Made by a program: the position numbers and the translations under genes. DNA of 60,522 nt from a virus (Duplodnaviria; Caudoviricetes), in IMG/VR virus record IMGVR_UViG_3300010373_000011, positions 1 through 60,522 of that record; one strand, 5' to 3'. The notes beneath the pieces are model-generated. The model had not been told where the DNA came from. It saw only the letters and a list, made by a program, of their open reading frames with translations, and searched no databases. Shown here one piece after another: positions 26,241 to 34,043 of the stretch (position 1 is the first letter of the stretch; every line of letters starts with the position of its first letter).

Positions 26241-26621
26241 ATGCAGAACCAAACTCTCGAAGCCCGTGTTGCCCGTCTGGAGAAGATTGTTGACCTTCAA
26301 GCGGCGGCGAACATGGACCAGACCCTCGAAGCCCGTATCGCGCGGCAGTTCGAAGAACGCATCGCCCGAGCCGAGGCCGACAGCGAACGGTTCAAGGAAT
26401 TCATGATGGTTCAGAAGGCGGCGAACGAAGAGCTATTGAGTCTCATGGATGCCGTGGAAGTGGAACTGAAGAAAGCGCATGCGGAGATGAAGCGGAGCAA
26501 CGAATCGCTCGCGGCCAAGGATGCGCTACTGCTGGCCCAGGCGGAGCGGATCGCGGGGCAGAGTGAGGCGTTGGCGGGCAGGGCGGAGAAGCCGAGGAAA
26601 CAGAGGAAAAAGGGGAACTGA
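26241..26621 (+). CDS. Coiled-coil hypothetical protein
   Basis: GGAGG RBS; duplicated QTLEAR. Confidence 0.65.
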   Translation: MQNQTLEARVARLEKIVDLQAAANMDQTLEARIARQFEERIARAEADSERFKEFMMVQKAANEELLSLMDAVEVELKKAHAEMKRSNESLAAKDALLLAQAERIAGQSEALAGRAEKPRKQRKKGN

Positions 26622-26622
26622 C

Positions 26623-27234
26623 ATGGTGGCCGAAAAGAAGAAAACCAGGAAGCCGAAGGCCAAGCCGAAGGCTCGCGTTGGCCCGCCCAAGCACGTCCTG
26701 CCGGCTCGCGTGGCGAAGCTCGTCCGAGTCGCCGACAAGGATCCTAAGGAGGGGCGCTTTGCTCTCGATGGCGTCCATGTTGCTATCGACAAGGACGCTG
26801 GTTTCGTTGTCACGGCGACCGATTGCAAAGCCGTCATCCGGGTATCCAATGCCGATCCGGACAAGTTCCGAACGCATCGTGAGACAAGTGTCCCGCGTGG
26901 GACGTGGAATAGCGCCTTCTGTGCGGGATCCGATGTTCCTGTGCGAATCAGCAATGATGAACGGTCGGCGACTTTGCAGGGATTCACCGCCGATGCGATT
27001 GCCGGCAAGTTCCCGCCCGTCGATGAGGTAATCAAACGGGTTCGATCCCAGGTGAAATTCAAGGGGAAATTCGATGCCGCGTTGCTCGCGAAAGTGCTGT
27101 CAACGATGGCTTCGATGGCGGGTGATGAACAAGTGGTGGAACTGTGTTTCGATGATAGTCCGGTGAATCCGATATATTTGGTCGACAAGCATGAGGAACT
27201 GATAATCGAGGCGCTGGTGATGCCTATTGCATAA
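26623..27234 (+). CDS. Truncated beta-sliding-clamp-like protein
   Basis: RFALDGVH, VTATD, GKFPPVDEVI, FDAALL, ALVMPI motifs of DnaN domains II-III. Confidence 0.7.
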   Translation: MVAEKKKTRKPKAKPKARVGPPKHVLPARVAKLVRVADKDPKEGRFALDGVHVAIDKDAGFVVTATDCKAVIRVSNADPDKFRTHRETSVPRGTWNSAFCAGSDVPVRISNDERSATLQGFTADAIAGKFPPVDEVIKRVRSQVKFKGKFDAALLAKVLSTMASMAGDEQVVELCFDDSPVNPIYLVDKHEELIIEALVMPIA

Positions 27235-27257
27235 CGTGTAAATCGAGGGGAACTGAC

Positions 27258-28475
27258 ATGGCCGAGAATAGTGGCATCCAATGGACGACGCATTCCTGGA
27301 ATCCGTGGCGCGGCTGCACCAAGATCAGCGCCGGCTGCCAGTCATGCTACGCCGAAACGATGAGCAAGCGCAACCCGCTCGTGCTCGGCATGTGGGGGCC
27401 GAAGGGCACCCGCGTGGTCGCAGCCGAGGCGCAGTGGAAGTTGCCGGTGAAGTGGAATCGAGAGGCGGGGGAAACTGTCAAACGATGGGAGATGGCCGCA
27501 CGGGAAGTGCAGAGCGAATACGACTACGTCGATCCCTACGAGCGGCCCCGCGTGTTCTGTGCGAGTCTCGCCGACGTTTTCGAGGCGTGGGATGGGCCGA
27601 TGGTGGATTCCTGGGGGACTGAGTTGTGCATCTGCCATGAGTGCGGAACGTTCATGCACTACTCGAGTCGTGAATGCAAACCGGGCTGTACATGCGACCG
27701 TGCTCCCCGCCGACTCACGATGCAGGACGTTCGCGCCCGGCTCTTTCGCCTCATCGACGACACGCCGAACCTTGACTGGTTGGTTCTCACGAAGCGCCCT
27801 GAGAATATCGCGAAGATGATGCCGGCAGTCGGCCTTCCCGATGCTGGCGTGCCCGGAACACTGGGGCGGCGGATCATGCTGCCTAATCTCTGGCTCGGCA
27901 CCAGCGTGGAGAACCAGACCGCCGCGAACGAGCGTATCCCGCATCTGCTCCGCGTGCCGGCGGCCGTGCGGTTTCTTAGCGTGGAACCGATGTTGGGGCC
28001 GGTGGACCTTGAACCGTTCTTGGCTTACCCGCCATTCCATGAGAACTACAAGATGACGTTCGGTGCGAATGATTTTCGCGGCATCGACTGGTGTATCATC
28101 GGTGGAGAATCGGGCCCTCGCGCCCGCCCCTGCAACGTCTCCTGGATTCGCAGCGTGGTTGAGCAGTGCAAGGCGGCGGAAGTGCCGGTGTTCGTCAAAC
28201 AACTCGGGGCGAACATCATCGACCGCAATGACCGCGGCTTCGAAGCCGAGAACGAACGATGGGCGGAAGGCCAGCATGAAGGCCAGCCCACCAACCCGGA
28301 AGCATGGCCGACACCGGTTGACGTTGAGCACGACCTGGATGGCACCATCGACGGTTACCAGGGTGCTCCCGTGCGGGTGCATCTCGTGGACAAGAAAGGC
28401 GGCGACATGGACGAATGGCCGAGTGATTTGCGGGTGCGTGAATTTCCCCGAGCGGAGGCGGCAGGGCGGTCATGA
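27258..28475 (+). CDS. Phage Gp37/Gp68 (DUF5131) family protein
   Basis: IQWTTHSWNPWRGCTKISAGCQSCYAE, RVFCASLADVF, LTKRPEN, IIGGESG, FVKQLG. Confidence 0.92.
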   Translation: MAENSGIQWTTHSWNPWRGCTKISAGCQSCYAETMSKRNPLVLGMWGPKGTRVVAAEAQWKLPVKWNREAGETVKRWEMAAREVQSEYDYVDPYERPRVFCASLADVFEAWDGPMVDSWGTELCICHECGTFMHYSSRECKPGCTCDRAPRRLTMQDVRARLFRLIDDTPNLDWLVLTKRPENIAKMMPAVGLPDAGVPGTLGRRIMLPNLWLGTSVENQTAANERIPHLLRVPAAVRFLSVEPMLGPVDLEPFLAYPPFHENYKMTFGANDFRGIDWCIIGGESGPRARPCNVSWIRSVVEQCKAAEVPVFVKQLGANIIDRNDRGFEAENERWAEGQHEGQPTNPEAWPTPVDVEHDLDGTIDGYQGAPVRVHLVDKKGGDMDEWPSDLRVREFPRAEAAGRS

Positions 28476-29833
28476 GCATTGCGGGCAAGACGCCATTGAA
28501 GGCCCCGTTTCCCTACCCCGGTGGGAAGAGCGCCGTCGCCGATATGGTCTGGGCTCGCCTCGGCAACGTGGCGAACTACCTGGAACCATTCGCCGGTTCT
28601 CTCGCGACTCTGTTGCGCCGTCCGGCCGACCACTTCGCGAACGGCTATCGCGTGGAAACAGTTAACGACGCGAATTCCTACCTCGTGAATTTCTGGCGAT
28701 GCTTGGAAAAGGGTTTGCATGCCGAGGTCGCGAAGCACGCGGACTGGCCGGTGATGGAAGCCGATTTGCACGCGCGGCATCGGTGGCTCGTTCGCTCCGA
28801 TGAGGCCCACGGCTGGCGAACGCAGTTCGTGCACGATCCGGACTTCTGCGATCCGAAGATTGCGGGCTGGTGGTGCTGGGGGCAGTGCTGTTGGATCGGC
28901 TCCGGGTGGTGCGGTGAGAGCGTCGTCGATCATGCGGCGCGGCCGATCATCACGGGCTCGGAAGGGCAGTTGGGGCGGGGCGTGCATAGTGGAGCTCCGG
29001 AATCTTTGCAGATTCCCGAGCTGGCTAGCAATATGGGCCGCGGTGTAACCGCGGCCCATATCAAACGCTCCGCCCTTGGGAATGCTCGCGGCGTCACGAA
29101 TCTCAGCCATTCCAAGGCCCTTGAGCCCACCGACTGGGAGCAGAGACCGGTTCTCGGCGACGCTGGCCGGGGCGTTGCTGGCGATCTTGTCGGCGGCCGC
29201 CCGCAGCTGGCCGATGCGTTCGATATTGGGCGGGGGGTGAACTCGAATGGGAATGCGGCACTTTCTGCGCAAGTGCCGCATATCTCCAACAGGGGGCAGG
29301 GCGTAAACGCCCTGCCCCCTGTTGATACTTGCTCTGCCCGCCGCGACTGGCTCATCGACTGGATGCAACGCCTCTCCGACCGTCTCCGCCTCGTCCGCAC
29401 CTGCTACGGCCACTGGAACCGCATCTGCGATTCCGACAGTACCCTCACGCGGCTGGGAACGACCGGCGTGTTTCTCGACCCGCCCTACCCGCTCGTCCAG
29501 AAGGTCAGCGGGAAGAAGTCGCGGGCCGGGAATCTCTACGCCACGGACGCGGGCCAGGATTTGTGCAAACTGCGAGACGAGGTGCTCGACTGGTGCCGGC
29601 GGTGGGGCCATGACAAGGCGATTCGCGTGGCTCTGTGCTGCTACGAAGGGGACGGCTACGAACCGCTGGCCGATGAGGGGTGGACCGTTGAATCATGGAG
29701 CGCCAATGGCGGATATGGGAACCAAGCTGGCAATGGAAAATCAGCTAATGCCGACCGGGAGCGCATCTACTTTTCTCCGGCGTGTGTATCGGAATCGAGT
29801 CTGTTTGACGCCATCGCCGAGGCCGCGCCATGA
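28472..29833 (+). CDS. Dam-like (D12 class) DNA adenine methyltransferase with internal GRGV repeats
   Basis: PFPYPGGKS, YLEPFAGS, ETVND, FLDPPY. Confidence 0.88.
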   Translation: MSIAGKTPLKAPFPYPGGKSAVADMVWARLGNVANYLEPFAGSLATLLRRPADHFANGYRVETVNDANSYLVNFWRCLEKGLHAEVAKHADWPVMEADLHARHRWLVRSDEAHGWRTQFVHDPDFCDPKIAGWWCWGQCCWIGSGWCGESVVDHAARPIITGSEGQLGRGVHSGAPESLQIPELASNMGRGVTAAHIKRSALGNARGVTNLSHSKALEPTDWEQRPVLGDAGRGVAGDLVGGRPQLADAFDIGRGVNSNGNAALSAQVPHISNRGQGVNALPPVDTCSARRDWLIDWMQRLSDRLRLVRTCYGHWNRICDSDSTLTRLGTTGVFLDPPYPLVQKVSGKKSRAGNLYATDAGQDLCKLRDEVLDWCRRWGHDKAIRVALCCYEGDGYEPLADEGWTVESWSANGGYGNQAGNGKSANADRERIYFSPACVSESSLFDAIAEAAP

Positions 29834-30198
29834 CCTACGGGGGCCTGTTCAGCGGCGCGGGCGGTTTCGGCGAGTTTTCGTCAGCGGGTCGCCGAGTAGA
29901 TCAGTGCCGAGCGTCGCCGTCTCGTTCCGCCACGAGCCGGGGGCCGTCGATGAGTCACGACACGAGCCACGCGAATGCAGGCGGGCAGGTAGCGATAACG
30001 AACGGCCTCTGGGTCCGTCGATTGACGCCACGGGAATGCGAGCGCCTGCAAGGCTGGCCCGACGACTGGACCCGCTACCGCGCGGACGGCCGCGAGATCG
30101 CCGACGGGCCACGGTATCGCATGGTGGGCAACGGCGTGGCCGCTCCGGTCGCGGCGTGGATCGCGCGGCGGCTAATGGCCGCGCGGCACCAACACTGA
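29830..30198 (+). pseudogene. Internally deleted C5-cytosine methyltransferase containing an inverted foreign segment
   Basis: Motif I LFSGAGGF and C-terminal RRLTPRECERLQGWPD...YRMVGNGV present; PC and ENV catalytic motifs absent. Confidence 0.8.
29868..29947 (-). repeat. 80-bp inverted repeat, copy 2 (inside C5 MTase remnant)
   Basis: 37-bp perfect core; 6 mismatches to copy 1. Confidence 0.9.
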
Positions 30199-30209
30199 AT
30201 ACGAGGAAT

Positions 30210-31010
30210 ATGCCCCTCCACCACGCCGACGCCCTGGCCGTCCTGCCCACCGTCGGCGACAACTCCCACGACCTCGTTATCTGCGACCCACCCTACAACG
30301 TCGGCATGACATACGAAGGCTCATGCAACGACTCACTACCGCCACGGGAATACCGTACCTGGTGCGCCGGCTGGTTCCACCACTGCTTCCGCATCGCCGC
30401 GAAATATCTCATCATTTTCCCAGGTCTCAAACACCTCGCAGACTGGAACCATTATCTCCCATCCGGTCAGGGCTCATGGTTCAAGCCTGGCAATCCCTCC
30501 GGGGGTGGCTGTTTCCGCTACTGCGAATCCGAGCCGTGGCTTCTCTGGACGAAGGGCGGGGCGTGGTGCTCGTATAGCGACACGATCACGGCATCGTTGC
30601 CGTCCCACGGGCAGCGGGACACCGGCGGCCATCCCTGCCCCAAGCCACCGAAGCTGTACGCGGAATTGCTCCGGCGGTTCAAACCGCTCTCAGTGCTCGA
30701 CCCATTCATGGGTAGCGGCACGATGGGCGTGGAGTGCGCCAAGCTCTCCATCCCATTCACAGGGATAGAGCTGTCGCAGGTGTACTTCGCCACGGCCTCG
30801 GCTCGCATCGCTGCTGCTCTCGGCGAATCGCCGCATCAGTGGACATCATTGAATCTCGGAGACTCGCGCGAAGAGCGGCCCGTCCTGCCGACCTCGCCAG
30901 CCCTGGACTGCGAAACGGACCTGGTAGATCGATTATTCGACCCCGGCAAAAGACTCGTATCGCGTAGGACGGACGGCCGCAAGAGAGGGCATAGACGTAC
31001 CGGGCCGTGA
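30210..31010 (+). CDS. N4/N6 DNA methyltransferase (beta class)
   Basis: GAGG RBS; ICDPPY, HPCPKP, VLDPFMGSGT, GIEL. Confidence 0.88.
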   Translation: MPLHHADALAVLPTVGDNSHDLVICDPPYNVGMTYEGSCNDSLPPREYRTWCAGWFHHCFRIAAKYLIIFPGLKHLADWNHYLPSGQGSWFKPGNPSGGGCFRYCESEPWLLWTKGGAWCSYSDTITASLPSHGQRDTGGHPCPKPPKLYAELLRRFKPLSVLDPFMGSGTMGVECAKLSIPFTGIELSQVYFATASARIAAALGESPHQWTSLNLGDSREERPVLPTSPALDCETDLVDRLFDPGKRLVSRRTDGRKRGHRRTGP

Positions 31011-31278
31011 TATGAGGCGTCACTTCACCAGCGGCGATAAGAGCGATCAGGGCTTCCCACGTTGAGCCCCCGCCCGCCAGGTGATGCCGGGCCTTCTGCG
31101 CAATCCTGTTAGCCTCATACACCGATGGATAGAGTCCGAAATTGACAGGGTAGATACCTTCGCGGTGTGATGCCGGCACGCGGAGTTGATACCGCCCCGG
31201 TGCTACTTCTCGAATCCACTTCGGTAAGAACTGCGAGCGTCGTTCGCGGTGTTTGGTGCGAAAATCAGTTGACGGCAT
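30757..31278 (-). CDS. Basic protein with AP2-like DNA-binding repeats
   Basis: GGAGG RBS; LPKWIRE...YQLRV...NFGLYPS and DLPGPFRS; tail-to-tail overlap with the MTase. Confidence 0.5.
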   Translation of the reverse strand: MPSTDFRTKHRERRSQFLPKWIREVAPGRYQLRVPASHREGIYPVNFGLYPSVYEANRIAQKARHHLAGGGSTWEALIALIAAGEVTPHITARYVYALSCGRPSYAIRVFCRGRIIDLPGPFRSPGLARSAGRAALRASLRDSMMSTDAAIRREQQRCEPRPWRSTPATALSL

Positions 31279-31530
31279 CCCCGAATCCTCCGAAGATATA
31301 GGAGGATTGGGATGCCGCCGACGCCCGGCGACATGAGGAACCGAACCTAAGGTCCAGTCGGGTGAGCGCCCGGCTGGACCGCTTTCGTTTCCCGAATTAC
31401 AAGTTGATGATGGTTAGTATGCGGAATGGATTGCCTGCATTCGACATTAGGGCAGGCAAAGGGCCGCTCCACAATCGGTGGTGAAAGCCCGCCGGTGGTG
31501 AGCGGGTGTAACCAGCATGTGTGTTGACGT

Positions 31531-32321
31531 GTGGCGAAGCGAAAGAAACAAGTCAAGTCTCCACCAAAAGTTGCATCTATAAAAAGCGACGATGCCATCC
31601 CCGGCGAATTACGTTTCGAATGGCGCGACCCCGCCGAGCTATCCGAGAATCCACGCAACTGGCGACGCCATCCCGAGCATCAACTCGCGGCTCTCTCCGA
31701 TGTAATCTCCGAAGTCGGCTGGGCGGGCGCGTGCCTGTTCAACGAGCGAACGGGGCGGCTCGTGGATGGCCACGCCCGCCAGAAGATCGCGCTCAAGAAC
31801 GGCTCCAAGAAAGTTCCGGTTCTGATCGGCGATTGGGATGAGGAGACCGAGGCGAAGATACTGGCGACGCTGGACCCGATCGCGGCGATGGCAACGGCCG
31901 ATTCCGCCGCGCTCGAGGCGTTGCTCAAGAGTGTATCAACCGCGTCCCCGGCTATCGACCAGATGCTCAAGGAGCTATCGGAGGATGCAGCGAAGGCGGC
32001 CGGCGGTCCGGAGCCTGGAGGCGGCGGCGATGAGTTCGGCACGACTCCGGAGGCGAGCGGGCCGACGCGGAAGTGTCCCGGCCGCAGGCATCGCCCGAGC
32101 ATCCGACCATGAAGCCCGTGGCGCTGGTCTCGCGAGCAATCGAGAACAGTAGCATTGCCGGGCAGTTGGTGCTCGACCCGTTCCTCGGCTCCGGCACCTC
32201 GCTCATCGCCGCTCATCGCCTCGGCCGCACCGCCTACGGTTGTGAGATTTCCGAACGGTACTGTGATGTCATTTTGAAGAGAGCGGAGGCCGAGGGGCTT
32301 ACCTGCGAGAGATCCGAGTAA
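31531..32321 (+). pseudogene. ParB-nuclease/N6-methyltransferase fusion with internal deletion and frameshift
   Basis: NPRNWRRHP...LVDGHAR (31531-32112); HPTMKPVAL...VLDPFLGSGT in another frame (32073-32321); DPPY region absent. Confidence 0.75.
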
Positions 32322-32815
32322 TGGCCGGCCGTAAGCCCATCCTGGACCCGGAACTCGTCGCGGCCAAGCTGGTCGAGCTGTCCGGGAACATCTCCGGGAC
32401 GGCGCGGGCGTTCCACGTCTCGCGGACGGCCGTGCAACAGTTAATCAAGAAGCGGGCGTCGCTGCAGGAAGTTCTCTCCGATTCGCGTGAGGGGATGCTC
32501 GATAATGTGGAGTCGGCGCTGTACAAGGCGGCGCTGGCGGGCGAGGCGTGGGCGGTGTGTTTCTTTTTGAAGACGCAGGGCAAGAGTCGCGGCTATATTG
32601 AACGTCAGGAAGTCACTGGCAAGGATGGAGAATCGCTGGCCAACAAGAATGATCACAACATCTTCGTTACCTCCGACGACCTCGACGAGGCCCGTAGATT
32701 CCTGGAACGTGGCGGCCTTGGCAACCTACATCCGAACGGTGGCCAAGAACCCGTGGATACCGCATCCGCCGCATCCACGCCAGCGGCAATTCCTCCTGCT
32801 GACCTACAATCGTGA
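32321..32815 (+). CDS. terS: Terminase small subunit
   Basis: N-terminal HTH; AVCFFLKTQGKSRGYIERQEVTGKDG; precedes terL. Confidence 0.8.
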   Translation: MAGRKPILDPELVAAKLVELSGNISGTARAFHVSRTAVQQLIKKRASLQEVLSDSREGMLDNVESALYKAALAGEAWAVCFFLKTQGKSRGYIERQEVTGKDGESLANKNDHNIFVTSDDLDEARRFLERGGLGNLHPNGGQEPVDTASAASTPAAIPPADLQS

Positions 32816-33998
32816 AGTGCTGTTCGGCGGCGCGGCCCGCGGCGGCAAGAGTGATGCCCTGCTCATGGCTGCCGCGCAATTCCTGCACGTTCCCGGTTAC
32901 GCGGCGCTCTTGCTTCGCCGCAACTACCCGGACCTGATGCAGCCCGATGGGCTCATACCTCGATCCCTCGAATGGTGGGCGAATAAGAGCGACGCCCATT
33001 GGTCCAGTCAGAATCGTCAATGGACGTTCCGGTGTCCGAATGGCGGCTCGTCGATCATTCAGTTCGGCTATTGTTCGGCCGACAACGACATTTACAGATA
33101 CCAGGGATCGCAGTATCAATTCTGTGGGTGGGACGAACTGACGCAGTTTACGGAGCAACAATATTTATATCTGTTTTCTCGGCAGTCGCGGCCGGCGACG
33201 GGCCTTCTCTCGCAAGTGCCGCTGCGAACGCGGGCCGGGAGCAACCCTGGCGGCGTGGGGCATATCTGGTGCAAGGAACGCTTCATCGACCACGAGACCG
33301 CGAAGGGCGTATACGTTCCATCGCGTGTGATCGACAACCCTACAGTGGATGGAGAGGTTTATGTGGAATCACTGGGATTTCTCGACGCCGTGACGAAGGC
33401 GCAGTTGCTCGAAGGCGATTGGGAGATTGTGGCCGATTCGTTCTTCCGCGGCCTGGAGCGCATCCAGATTGTCGCGGCGAGGCCTCTCAACGAAGCGTTC
33501 GTGCGCCGTGTGCGATTCTGGGATTTAGCCGCGACTGAGAAACAAGCCGGCACCGATCCCGATTGGACGGTAGGTATCGAGATGGGCCGGCACAAGGACG
33601 GCTCGCTGTGGTTGCTCGACATGAAGCGAGAACGGCTCGGACCTAAGGGCGTTCGCGGCCTCATCAAACAGACCGCCGCGATGGATACGACCTCTGTTCC
33701 GATCCGGATTGAGCGTGAGGGTGGTGCGTCGGGTAAGTTGGCCGCCGAATCGATCATCACGGAAGACTTGCTTGGCTGGCCGGCATTCGCCGTAGCGCCC
33801 GTGGGCAGCAAAGCGGAGCGAGCCGAGCCGTGGGGCGCACAAATCGAAGCGGGGAACGTGCGGATGGTCGCGGCCAACTGGAACCGCCCTCTGTTGGACG
33901 AGCATCGGAGCTTCCCGCTGGGCACGCACGACGATATCGTGGATGCGTGTAGCGGGGCGGTCGTGGAGTTGTCGCGGGCGATGCCGAATATCCGATGA
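32709..33998 (+). CDS. terL: Terminase large subunit
   Basis: LFGGAARGGKS, WDELTQF, SNPGG, RFWDLA, HDDIVDA; start codon approximate. Confidence 0.92.
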   Translation: MAALATYIRTVAKNPWIPHPPHPRQRQFLLLTYNREVLFGGAARGGKSDALLMAAAQFLHVPGYAALLLRRNYPDLMQPDGLIPRSLEWWANKSDAHWSSQNRQWTFRCPNGGSSIIQFGYCSADNDIYRYQGSQYQFCGWDELTQFTEQQYLYLFSRQSRPATGLLSQVPLRTRAGSNPGGVGHIWCKERFIDHETAKGVYVPSRVIDNPTVDGEVYVESLGFLDAVTKAQLLEGDWEIVADSFFRGLERIQIVAARPLNEAFVRRVRFWDLAATEKQAGTDPDWTVGIEMGRHKDGSLWLLDMKRERLGPKGVRGLIKQTAAMDTTSVPIRIEREGGASGKLAAESIITEDLLGWPAFAVAPVGSKAERAEPWGAQIEAGNVRMVAANWNRPLLDEHRSFPLGTHDDIVDACSGAVVELSRAMPNIR

Positions 33999-34043
33999 CC
34001 ACTCACGGCCAACAGCAGGCAACCACCCGCCGACAATCATTGA

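Noticed and set aside
25696-29947. Diversity-generating retroelement TR/VR pair
   Set aside because: No reverse transcriptase in the window, and mismatches are mostly synonymous rather than adenine-specific
29322-30209. 562-aa ORF as one large methyltransferase
   Set aside because: Its 5' part overlaps two other genes out of frame; the real MTase begins at ATG 30210 with its own RBS
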